Below, in pieces: positions 11,201-23,200 of a stretch of 64,000 nucleotides of DNA. Within the stretch, counting starts at the first letter, position 1; every line of letters begins with the position of its first letter. Where the stretch lies: contig NIVC01000513.1 in the NCBI GenBank assembly GCA_002269645.1, positions 248,001 through 312,000 on the forward strand, given 5' to 3'. A program made the position numbers and the translations under genes. The DNA is from Macrostomum lignano (taxonomy: Eukaryota). Below the pieces are notes generated by a model that was not told where the DNA came from, searched no databases, and was given only the letters and a program-made list of their open reading frames with translations.

Positions 11201-14200
11201 GAAGTCGTCAGCCGAGAACTTGTCATTGTCCCAGATCTGCACGACCAGGTTCGGCGGGATGCACTGCTCAGTGGCGTCGAGAGACCAGAAGTGCTCCTTC
11301 TTCTTCACCACCATGACATTCTCGGCGGGCAGGTAGTCCATGGGGAATTTGAAGCGCCAGTTGAAGTTGCCGACCCCGTCGAGGCTGCGGTAGTGCACGT
11401 CTGTCTCCTGCTTCTCGTCAAGGCCCGCCAGCCAGCCCTGGGGGTGTAGAAGGGGATGTTGAGCTCTGATTACTAGGGAGATTACTGAAATGTCAGGGAT
11501 CGTAGGGGGGATTGCTGAGATGTCAAAGCTAATGGGGGAATTGCTGAGATGTCAAAGCTAATGGGGGAATTGCTGAGATGTCAAAGCTAATGGGGGAATT
11601 GCTGAGATGTCAAAGCTAATGGGGGAATTGCTGAGATGTCAAAGCTAATGGGGGAATTGCTGAGATGTCAAAGCTAATGGGGGGAATTGCTGAGATGTCA
11701 AGGCTCATAGAGGGAATTGCTGAGACGCTACGAATCATGGGGGAATTGCGGAGATGCTGATTGTAGGCAGCGCCTACTATCGTGTGTGTGTTGGGGGGTT
11801 GTTAGCGGCTGCGCCGCGTGACTCTGCTAGCTCAACCCTTATGCGTACAATATCAAATGTGCATGGTGCGACTTTAGCCACCATTCTGACTCAGCTCAAT
11901 AATTCAATAAATATACTGATCGCTATTATTCTCGCCTGCAAGCTTTCGGCAACTATCGACTACAACAAGCAGTCTAGCCTCGTTTCACTCACTACACTGA
12001 TGATCATGAGGGAATTCCGGAGATGCTAAGGATCATGTGGGGAATTGCTGAGATGCTAAGGATCATGGGGGGAATTGCTGAGATGCTAAGGATCATGGGG
12101 GGAATTGCTGAGATGCTAAGGATCATGTGGGGAATTGCTGAGATGCTAAGGATCATGGGGGGAATTGCTGAGATGCTAAGGATCATGGGGGGAATTGCTG
12201 AGATGCTAAGGATCATGGGGGGAATTGCTGAGATGTCAAAACTAATGGGGGGAATTGCTGAGATGCTAAGGATCATGGGGGGAATTGCTGAGATGCTAAG
12301 GATCATGGGGGGAATTGCTGAGATGTCAAAACTAATGGGGGGAATTGCTGAGATGTCAAAGCTAATGGGGGGAATTGCTGAGATGCTAAGGATCATGGGG
12401 GGAATTGCTGAGATGTCAAAGCTAATGGGGGGAATTGCTGAGATGCTAAGGATCATGGGGGGAATTGCTGAGATGTCAAAACTAATGGGGGGAATTGCTG
12501 AGATGTCAAAGCTAATGGGGGGAATTGCTGAGATGCTAAGGATCATGGGGGGAATTGCTGAGATGCTAAGGATCATGGGGGGAATTGCTGAGATCGATGT
12601 AACCACGCTATGGTCGCGGGATAGGGCAGGGGAACTTTTTCGAGAAGTGCCGCCCATCACCGCGCACCTCCTGCACTCTTCGACCAGGCCTGCAGACTCC
12701 CGCTCTGCTGCACCTCCTGCTGTCTTGGCTCCGTCTCCCCTGCCGCCACACTTGCCTTTCCGGGGCTCCCTGTCCCCCTCTGTACCTCCCCCTCTACCCT
12801 ATCTCCTCTGTGCTCCACCCTATTCTCTCTGTACCTCCACTGTCTCCCCTCTTTTTGCCCATTTTTGCACTATTTTCCTGCGCTGTCCCCTCTTTTTCTG
12901 CGTCTACTTACAGTATTTTGCGCGCTCACCGTGCCCCCATCCCTTCTCAAACTCCCAAACGGTGATGCAAGTCGTGTGACCCCTCCTTCCCCTCGGTGAC
13001 TCATCGATGACTCATCCCCCTCTCTTGCGCAACCTTTTCTCATGTCATTGTTCTCCCCCCCCCAAATTTCTCATGTGACACCCACCCCACCTCCGCTTCT
13101 ATTGTTCTCGTTTTTGATTCTTTTGTTCTCTTTACCCCCACCAATTATCACATTTTCTCTGATTTTCTCTTACTATTGTTCTCGCTTTCGCACCTAATTA
13201 TCACCTTTTCCCCAATGTTTGCCTTTCTATTGTTCTCGATTCTCCCCAATTATCCCCGATTTCCAATTCCTTTGTTCTCAATGTTTGCTCGCGCAACACT
13301 TTCACGACCTCCCGCGGCGCCAATTACCCCCACCCCACCTCTGGATTGCGCAATTCTCCCATTTCTCATGTTGCTATGCCGTTCTCATGCTTCTCATCAT
13401 GACTCATTCTGACGTCATTCTGCTGGCAACCAATCAGAGAGAGGGAGTCATGGAAACGACCTTGGAGCGGCGGCTGAGAAGGCTATTTAAGGAAGCGGTT
13501 TTCGGCGTGAGAATCCTCAACCTTCGGGCTCCTCATCTTTCTTTAGACTTGCTGTCAGACATTGTTCTGACCCAATCGTCTATAGGACGAACCTCTGCCG
13601 GTCTGCGGTCTGATACCGCCAAGTTACCTTAGCTCCCCAAGTGAGCTCGCCTATCGGCCCGCGGTCTGTTACCGCCGAGTATCATCAGCATCGCCTGATC
13701 TACATCAGTGCCTCGTCGCTTCAGCGCATCGCCGCTTCACCGTCTGCCTGACTGCAGCCAGCAGCCGCCCTCGTCACTCCATTGCTCTTGATCTCTGTGC
13801 AGCCGCCGGTAAGTTCCTGTTACTAATTTGTGCTCTGATTGCCTTTGCTTATCCGGGGTTTACCTATTTTCCATTGCTTGATTAGAGAGCTGAGCCAATT
13901 GTGATACCGTATCTTTTGCTGTACTTTTACTCAATAGTGAAGCCGCTTAATAGCCTGATTATTTGCCTAAGGGCCTAATTATTAACTATTAACTAACCTC
14001 ATCATTATTCAATCTTTCACCATCATTTCACTCATGGCGTCACACACCATCAGCCTCTTGTAGCCGCTCCTCCCGAGCAAGAATTGAATCGTCGCCCTGT
14101 TCGTGCGAATCGAGGAGTTGCACCACGTCGATTCGGAGACCCAATCCTCTATTAATCTGTACCAATCTGTCTATCAATCGCTCTGGAATGTTTAATTCTC

Positions 14201-17200
14201 ACCCTTCTCATCGCGCCTCCAAGTTGCTAAGTACAGTACGGGTTCGTATTTTCATACAGTTGTAATTGTATTTTCATGCGTCTAGCAAGTTCCATAAAGG
14301 TGGCCTTCCGTCGGCGCTCACTACTACTTCACCCCGACAAGGTAGGCGTCGGAGGCACGGGGGCCTACCAGCGGGTGGTGTTCGCGTATTCAGTCCTGGG
14401 CGACCCGTTTTATAGAGCGCTATACGACAAATTCGGTGAAGCAGCCCTGAGCAACACGCTATCGTACGCGCAGTTCTTCAGCCCGCCACCCGGAGTCAGT
14501 TTTCCGGACGAAATACGAGCCGGACTCGAAAGTATGGGGATCGTGGTCATCAGTGACGATGAAGACGAACCTCCCGCCGTTGATGCGACCCCAATTGCGC
14601 CGGCGGGTGGAGTCTTAATGGTCGCGCGACCAAGTCCACCAAGAGTCCCTGAATCGATTGAGGCCAGGTACAGAAGTCTCCGGAATCACCTGGCCCAGCA
14701 TCTGCGGATCAGTCGGATCGCTCAGGCGCAAGAATGTATCTCTGGACTGGAAGAACTGTTCCTTTCGGCAGGCCTGGAACCTCGGCGATGGGTCTCCGAT
14801 TCTCTAGGGGTTGCGCTGAGTTTCATAGCGTCTGATGTGTCACCTTGAAAACGCCGCCCAGGGTCATCTAGGCGAGGCATTCGAGTGCTGTCGAACGAAG
14901 CGCTGACTGCATCAATCGGATTTGTAATGACATGCATCAAGAAAATGGGCCTGCTGAACGGCGGGGCACTCCTGTCAAAACTCCGAGAGCTAACGGTACT
15001 CGTGGCCCCGGACTCGAAGTCCGAAGACCAGGCAGAGAAGGCCGTCGATGAAGCGGATATCCTCGACCTAGAATGCCCTCAAGAAGACCTAGATGCCGTC
15101 GGTCCCGAGGAGCGCCCAGCTAGTCCAAGCGCCCCAGAAGCGAGCCAGGTCACGGGACTATTAGACGCGCATGCCTTCTTGCTCCGGCTATTTTCATGGT
15201 CAGGGGATCTGTTCCTGGACGGTGTAGAAGCCTGTGTGTCGGTAGTGAATTCACCATTCTATTTGAGACCGTCAAACCCCGCAACTGCCCGGCTCATCTG
15301 TGACTCTCGGATCCACTTTGCGCTCGGATTGAGGGCGTCAGCGGCACCGCTCATGACGACGCTGGCCGCCGACCTACAGCGTTTCATAGCGGGTGAATGG
15401 CCAAGGGTAGTGGCTGTCGGCGAAGCCGAGTTGGACGTCCAGAATACTGCGATCAGTGTGGAGCAACAAATGGCAGCCCTGGAGCTACAGGTTCGGCTAG
15501 CCAAGAAACGGGATCTACCCCTCCTGGTTCGTTTGCGAGAGCGTAGACGTAGTCCAGTCGAACCCGGTGGCTCGGCCTGGCACCAGTTCTTACGGTTGCT
15601 AGTGGCGTCGGACTTTGCAAACTGTCGCATTCTAGTTGTCGAATCTTCCGACTGGCCCAAAGACACTCTCAGCCTGTACCTAGCGTCGTTGCCAAGACTG
15701 AAATTTGAAGTCACCGCCCGGGTCGTCAACAGCCGATGGCATGCCCAACGCGTCGCAGCGATACCTTCCGACCGGCTGCTAGTCGCTTCGTCAGCGCCAT
15801 TCGCGGGAAACCCGGGCAAGCCGACTGATGTCCGGAAGGCGGCGGCCTGGCTTGCTGAGGAGCGAAGCGACGGGGCTCTACCTGGTCGACTGGCTGGGCT
15901 GCGCGTGAATTTTATAATATTTAACTGTGTGTAAAATGCCAGCTGACAATAACAAATGCTCATGTCGTCATTGCACAGTCCTTCGTCTATGGTATGAACC
16001 CTCTTTTCGTGGAGGGGGAGGGTGTTGTGCCCGGGTGCGCTTGCACCGATGAGCAATCTCTGGCTCTCGGTCAAGTGCGCCCGGCACTGCACTCCCACCC
16101 CTCCTGGCCGCGTGCCTGCGCCACCCCCCCATTCTGTTTGTGTCAGCCCCCCCACCCATTTCTGCCTGCGCTAACCCCCCCCCCCCAGTTGTGTATCAGC
16201 TCTTATGCTCTGCCCCCTTTTCTTTATGCGTACCCAGCCGGATTGGCTGGTCTGGCCCTCTCTCCCCCCTTTTGTTAGCCCTTGTCAATTGGTGATTGGC
16301 CAATAAGTTGGGTTTTGATAATGCTGTCTGGCGTGAGACCCTAGGGCTTACGCCAGGCAGTCCAAATAAATAGAGAATTGCTGGCGGTGGGCAGGGCGAG
16401 CGCGCTTGTTGACGCCTGACACTAGACTACTCTTCAGAACCTACAAACTTCAACAGCAAGAATCTCAGTTCTACAAATTGACGAATTCGCTGCCTTGCCC
16501 ATCGTCGAGCAGATTGGAAATCAAAGTAAGACCTACGCCTACATTCATTACTCATTTGGGCCTCGTGCGAAGCGGGTACTGTACACCTCAGGGACGGACT
16601 GACTACCTTACCTCGACGCGACCCCACGCTCAGTTACGGAGTCAGTCCGGTCAGTGGGCTGACGCCATCTCCAGGCTCGATCACTGCAGAGCGTTCTTAG
16701 GGGGCTGTTTCGATCACGTGTAGTGACACAACACTTGCTAAGCCTTTCTCCCGGGGTGGCAAAGCATAAGAAGTTTGGGTAAGCTAATGGCCTCTCCCCG
16801 TGCAAAGCCCGCCTGTGTGTGTGTGTGCTGCGGGTCCGTGTGTGCGTGCAGTAGAGGGATTAGCGAGTCTTGGCACAGAATGGCAGCAGGAAGGTTGCAA
16901 CCCCATGCTGACGCGTCCCTTCGCCCTGAGCAATCTAAACCATAGACAGCACATGTTCGCCTCATACTACTCTTAGTAATCAAGGTCGTAAGTCAGCCTC
17001 GCTCACAGCCACAAAGGATCCCCTGCTGAGAAATCCTCCAGATTGAGCTCAGAGTTCCCGATCATGCCCCAAGCAGAGTCCCTGTACTCGGCTGCATGTG
17101 TCTCCCCTGTTAGCCTAAATCCCCTGGTAACCAATCCAGGCGGGGCTCTAGCCTCGAGAGGTCTGTAAGATCCAGGTGCGCCAGGTCACATAGAGTGGTG

Positions 17201-20200
17201 GCAGCCACTCGGTCATACTATGACCGAGTGACCAACTATTGCACCTTGGCTACAGGTGGGGTCCATGTGGGTCCTTGGCCCTCTAGTCACGAAAGCGCTA
17301 CCAAAGCTATTAATCATGTGGGCGGGACAGTCTGGTGCTGGAGGTCCGTCAGGTCATTGCCCGGTCATAGGCAGCCTATGGTCATTGCCCCCTCTAGTCA
17401 TGCGTTCGTCTCTCTACGGAGCGGACAGGCGACAAGGGTGGTTACATCAAAATCGTGGCAGCGGTGGGATTTGGTGCGAACAGTGATGAGAATCGGCCCA
17501 ATGGTCAAGACTCATAGGGACATCCCATCTAAAAAACACACTAATCCCATCGCTTAAACCCACAATAATCCCATCTCAAAAACCCACACTAATCCCGTCT
17601 CAAAAACCCACACTAATCCCACCTCCACAATGCTCACTCGATCCAGCTGCTCACCCTGACATAGATGTCGGACATCTGCTCCCCAGTGATGGACGTCTCC
17701 TCCAGCACAACGTCCTTGGTGTTCCACACGATGACTCGCAGTTCGTATTTCTTGGGCTCGCGAGGTCGCACATCGGTTGGCTGGGGCAGCGTGCCGGCTA
17801 AGCAGGGGAAAATGTCCACCCAGCACTGCAGCTTGCCCTGCTCGATGCCCGGCTGCAGCGGAGAGTACAGCGGCCGGGTCTCGACGTGCTCCTTCACCAG
17901 AGGCAGGCAGTTGAGCACGTGCAGCGCCAGGCGCTCGTCCTCCGGTCCAAAGTGCGGGTTGGACTTTCGCGTGGGCTCAAAGCTGTCCAAGTAGAAGGTC
18001 TTGGCGCCCAGTCTCAAGCAGTCGGCGCCTTCGAATCGGGGCTCAGGGAGGAAATTTTTTGAGCAAAAATCAGCCAGAATCTCTTTGGGTTTTTGAACGT
18101 CGCGCCACTGATTCGGACCTTCGACGTAGTAGGACTGCGGCAGGCCCACTCGGGCGTTGAACTTGCTCAGGTAGCGGTTCTCCAGGTCGATCACCGTCTC
18201 CCCGATTACGTCATCGGAGCTGAGGAAGTCGTAGTCCTTAACGCGGATGTACAGGTCTTTGTCGATTGGCAGAATGCACTTCAGCTCGAATATTCTGCGA
18301 GTGTGGGGGATGAGCGGCGCTGGCTTGAGGATCAGGGATTTGAGGATCAGGGATTTGAGGATCAGGGATTTGAGAATCAGGGATTTGAGGATCAGGGATT
18401 TGAGGATCAGGGATTTGAGGACCAGGGATTTGAGGATCAGGGATTTGAGGACCAGGGATTTGAGGATCAGAGATTTGAGGACAGGGATTTGGGGATCAGG
18501 GATTTGAGGATCAGGGATTTGAGAATCAGGGAGTTGAAAACCAGAAATTTGAGGATCAGCGCTTCATCATTCGTGAACCGTAAATAAGAGCAAAGCTACT
18601 TGAGCCAATCAGGCCGGCACTCACTGTCCAAACACGGGGTTCAGAGTATTCGGGATGTACTTGTCCTTGCTGTCCATCTTTCGCTTGCCCAGTTCGATTT
18701 CAACGTACGGATCAGCCAGTCCGCTCGGGTCGTTGGGCTGCAGATCGAAGGACTTGATGACGTACAGGCGGACGGTGCAGTCAACCGGGCTCGAGTCCAT
18801 CCTGCCTTTGCCCAGCTGCCGCAGCGGCATGGGGGCGCCGAAGTCGTCCGGCAGCGGGTAGATCCTGAACGAGCCTTTGAACTCGCCGACGATGTTGCCC
18901 TCCTCGTCGTCAAGATTTTTGCCTCGCACGAAGCCGAAGGTGTCGCAGAAGTCGTTGAAACCGTGGAACGACTCGGCGCTCTCCAACGAGGTCGTGTACA
19001 CCTTCATGGTGTCATAGCCCATGTCCACGTACTTGCGGCACTTGCTGAGGTCTCCCGTGGAGGCGTAGTACTTCGACCACCAGTCGATGTCTTCGTCTAC
19101 CTGGGAGAGGTCGATCTGAAACAGCAAGGGATGCTGAGTGAGTGACTGACTCAGTGAATCTGTGATGCTGAGTGACTAAGAGACTCAGTGAATCTGGGAT
19201 GCTGAGTGACTGAGAGACTCAGTGAATCTGTGATGCTGAGAGACTGAGAGACTCAGTGAATCTGGGATGCTGAGTGACTGACTGACTCAGTGAATCTGGG
19301 ATGCTGAGTGACTGATAGACTCAGTGAATCTGGGATGCTGAGTGACTGACTGACTCAGTGAATCTGGGATGCTGAGTGACTGACTGACTCAGTGAATCTG
19401 GGATGCTGAGTGAATGAGAGATTCAGTGAATCTGGAATGCTGAGTGACTGAGAGATTCAGTGAATCTGGGATGCTGAGTGACTAAGAGACTCAGTGAATC
19501 TGGGATGCTGAGTGACTAAGAGACTCAGTGAATCTGGGATGCTGAGTGACTAAGAGACTCAGTGAATCTGGGATGCTGAGTGACTGAGAGACTCAGTGAA
19601 TCTGGGATGCTGAGTGACTGACTGACTCAGTGAATCTGGGATGCTGAGTGAATAAGAGACTCAGTGAATCTGGAATGCTGAGTAACTGACTGACTCAGTG
19701 AATCTGGGATGCTGAGTGAATGAGAGACTCAGTGAATCTGGGATGCTGAGTGACTGACTGACTCAGTGAATCTGGGATGCTGAGTGACTGAGAGACTCAG
19801 TGAATCTGGGATGCTGAGTGACTGACAGACTCAGTGAATCTGGGATGCTGAGTGACTGAGAGACTCAGTGAATCTGGGATGCTGAGTGACTAAGAGACTC
19901 AGTGAATCTGGGATGCTGAGTGACTGAGAGACTCAGTGAATCTGGGATGCTGAGTGACTAAGAGACTCAGTGAATCTGGGATGCTGAGTGACTGAGAGAC
20001 TCAGTGAATCTGGGATGCTGAGTGACTAAGAGACTCAGTGAATCTGGGATGCTGAGTGACTGAGAGACTCAGTGAATCTGGGATGCTGAGTGACTAAGAG
20101 ACTCAGTGAATCTGGGATGCTGAGTGACTGAGAGACTCAGTGAATCTGGGATGCTGAGTGACTCAGTAGAATCTGAGACATTGCAGAATGTTTTAGAAAT

Positions 20201-23200
20201 ATGTTTGAGAAATTTAAAATAAAAATTGTGCACAACAGTCAAAGACATTACAACACAAATTACACATGAAGTACACTTAAGCCTGACAGTGAACAAGCAC
20301 CATTCCATTCCAAGCTTGAATCCCTGTTAGTAACTAACTTACCAAACTCAACTCAATGCCCAATTTATGAGTTCAACTAGTACGTATTTGCAGTGAATTG
20401 TTTTCTGATAAAACAAAATAATTGATAGCCAGCCAACACGACAGGAGAAATATTCTGGAGATGTTAACTGATGTGTAACTGATTTTTGATAAGTATATAT
20501 TTGTAGTAATTTTAAAAGTTTCTAATAATTATTTAAGCTAATAGAAAAGAGGTAAATGGATAATTTTATTGAACTCTACGTGCACTAATAGTGAAAAAGC
20601 AAAACTACGAGTAGCTAAAACAATAGACAGGTGCTGAGCAAGGAAATTTGTAGCTAAGAGTTAACCATAAATGAATTTAAAATTAATTAAATATTAATAA
20701 AAGTGAGTTTATGACAAAGTTAGGCTCATGCCTCATCAGTTCTTTTTAGATTTCTTGGCGGCTTCTTGGCGGCACGTGCTGGTGGAATTTGCGGAATTAC
20801 CTCGAGTGTGTTCTGGGAAATTCTCCTCAGCTTTTTCTGGTGAAGAAGATTTGTTAAGAAAAGTTTTGTGCTCCTCGAGCGTCGGTACGTGCTCGTGTTG
20901 GCGTCGGTAAATCTCGATGCACACGTAGGTGCTGCCGTCATTCATTTGCACAGGTCTGAGAAGCATCCGGTACTCACTGTTTAAATCCACATACCAGAAT
21001 TTTTCACAGAAATACAGCTTCAGTTTCCATTCTCTCCATAGATACGCCATTATTTTAGCAAAGCGAGCATTTGGCTTCTGATCGCGAATGTAGTTCACGA
21101 TATTATTTACAGTCTGTTGCGCATTCTGGTCGCCCCCAAATGACTGGCTTGGCCACTCCTGGCCTCTTATATATCCATACCGCATTTTGAGTTGGTGGTC
21201 GCACCTGTTAGTGAATAGCAAGGTAAGACCGAGTCAGACTCATAATTAATATGGCAACCTGCGCCCGACGTTGGGGAGGCAAAAAGGAATAAAATACAGG
21301 TAGGCTATGACCTTGTATCAATATTATTTTTAGGAAAATGATGTTTAAAGCCTCCCTTTGAGCCATGGCTTAACCCTAACTGTCCTTTCGATCTGCGTCT
21401 ACTTCTCAGAAATTCCACATGAGCCTCGATATCTCAGCAATATCATGAGGGACTTGCTGAGATGTCAAGGCTTATGATGAATGCTGAAATGCTGCGGCTC
21501 ATTGGGGGGGGGGTTGCTGGGATTCCAAGGGTCAATTGGAAGCTGTTGGTAGGCCAAGCCACAGCCCACAGGTAGAGCAAAGGCAGAGTTTGGGCTGAGC
21601 CACGGCTTAAAGGGAAGCTTTTAACTTTTAGTTTATTAAAACATTTTAATTCCTCGCTTTCTTGTTGCCTCCGAAACGGGGGAAGGGCGCTGATTAGGAT
21701 AATAATAATGCCCATACAATTACAATACTTTAATTATGAAACTTTTGATTTGTTTTTTGAGATAAATTAATTTAATAATTTGATGTAATCTATGATATTA
21801 AATTAATGATTTACTCACCTTAACGGTGAATGTGTCCGTTGATGTTGCAGAAGAAGAATGCAGAAGCAAAAAGCCAGAAGCAAAAAGCTCTTCTGCAGGT
21901 AGGGCTTATCAGAAAGGTTATTAGTTAAAGTATTACACTAGAAGAAATGTCACTGCAAAACCTGTGTGAATTTTTATACCATTTTTCCGACGAATGGCAA
22001 GAGCTCCCATGGAAACCGCCTAGAACTTGGTGGGTATGAGAAGGTCTAACCGTTGCACAGGCCAGGGACTCCTAAAAATAGCATCACTAGAGATCTCTGG
22101 AAGTCCCTGTCTCGGCCCTGTTTGTGGGCACACGGATTGTGCTAAAATAATTTACATTAAGGACCACCCAAAAGCCATTTTTCTTGTCTGGTTTAGAAGG
22201 CCAATGATAGAATTCTGCCGCATCTAATTAAATCCCATCTAAAAATGTACATGGGATTTAATTCAACGCTATCGAGATTGTTCCCAAAAACAAGACATAA
22301 AATTAATATAAATGTACACTGAATACTTTCTGACGGTTGAATACTGCTTGAAGTTGACTGCTGTAAACTTTGCTGTCACTGTGACGGATGTCTCTCACTC
22401 ACAGTCACAACATCAGTTTGGAAACCAGCATTTTTCATTTCAATAAATAGGCCATGCACAAAAACATGACAACAAAGGCTAACAACGAGTTAACAAACAT
22501 GCGATAAAAAGAAATCTGCTATATGAATTACAGGTCGATCGTTGGCAGGTGTGGCAGACAGACTCATTGCGGAGCCTTCGGCAAGGTTCGAAGCAGAGTC
22601 TGCGACTTGCTGCGTTGTCAAGATATGCTAAACTATAAGATTGGTTATTCGTTTCCAATGCGAAAGCTTGCACGGCAGTAGATAATTATTGTTCATTCTT
22701 GTATCTAAGCACAAATTTTTATCACATTCAACTAGATGCCCCTAATCACATCTAGACAACGTGAACACATCTAGACAACGTGAACACATCTAGACACACC
22801 TGAACACATCTAGACACACCTGGACAATCTAGACACACCTGGACAATCTAGACACACCTGGGCAATCTAGACACACCTGGACATTTTCTAGACACACTTG
22901 GACATTATCTAGACATACCTGGGCACATTTAGACACACCTTGGATACATCTAGGCACACTTGGACACATCTATACATACCTGAACACAGCTAGACACACC
23001 TGGTCAGTGTAGTCACATCTATACACACCTGGACACATCTAGACATACCTAGACACATCTAGACACACCTGGACAGATCTGGACACATCCAGATACAAAT
23101 GGATACAACTAGACACACCTTGGATACACCTAGGCACACCTGGACAGATCTGGACACATCCAGATACAAATGGATACATCTAGACACACCTTGGATACAC

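Larger units (their letters stand above)
12598..17446 (+). mobile_element. 4.85-kb insertion with TGTAACCAC/GTGGTTACA inverted termini, carrying J-domain and TatD-like ORFs
   Basis: Absent from the paralogous intron (about 31990); interrupts a minisatellite unit; flanks tcga/tcaa form an imperfect 4-bp TSD. Confidence 0.7.

Noticed and set aside
10313-11449. 378-aa plus-strand ORF and similar antisense ORFs (18600, 25454, 36148, 43542, 44372, 58673)
   Set aside because: Antisense shadows of GC-rich ferlin exons joined by repeats.
12004-12979. [10 protein letters not shown]-repeat ORF
   Set aside because: Minisatellite read-through into the element's pyrimidine-rich end.
15259-16155. 298-aa minus-strand ORF
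   Set aside because: Antisense to the TatD-like ORF, with no recognisable motifs.
19130-20165. CRISPR-like look of about 34-bp partly palindromic repeats
   Set aside because: No unique spacers and no cas genes; the context is a eukaryotic intron.
22027-22227. 66-aa ORF shared with 41260-41460
   Set aside because: Similarity is explained by the segmental duplication; non-ATG start and no coding signature.
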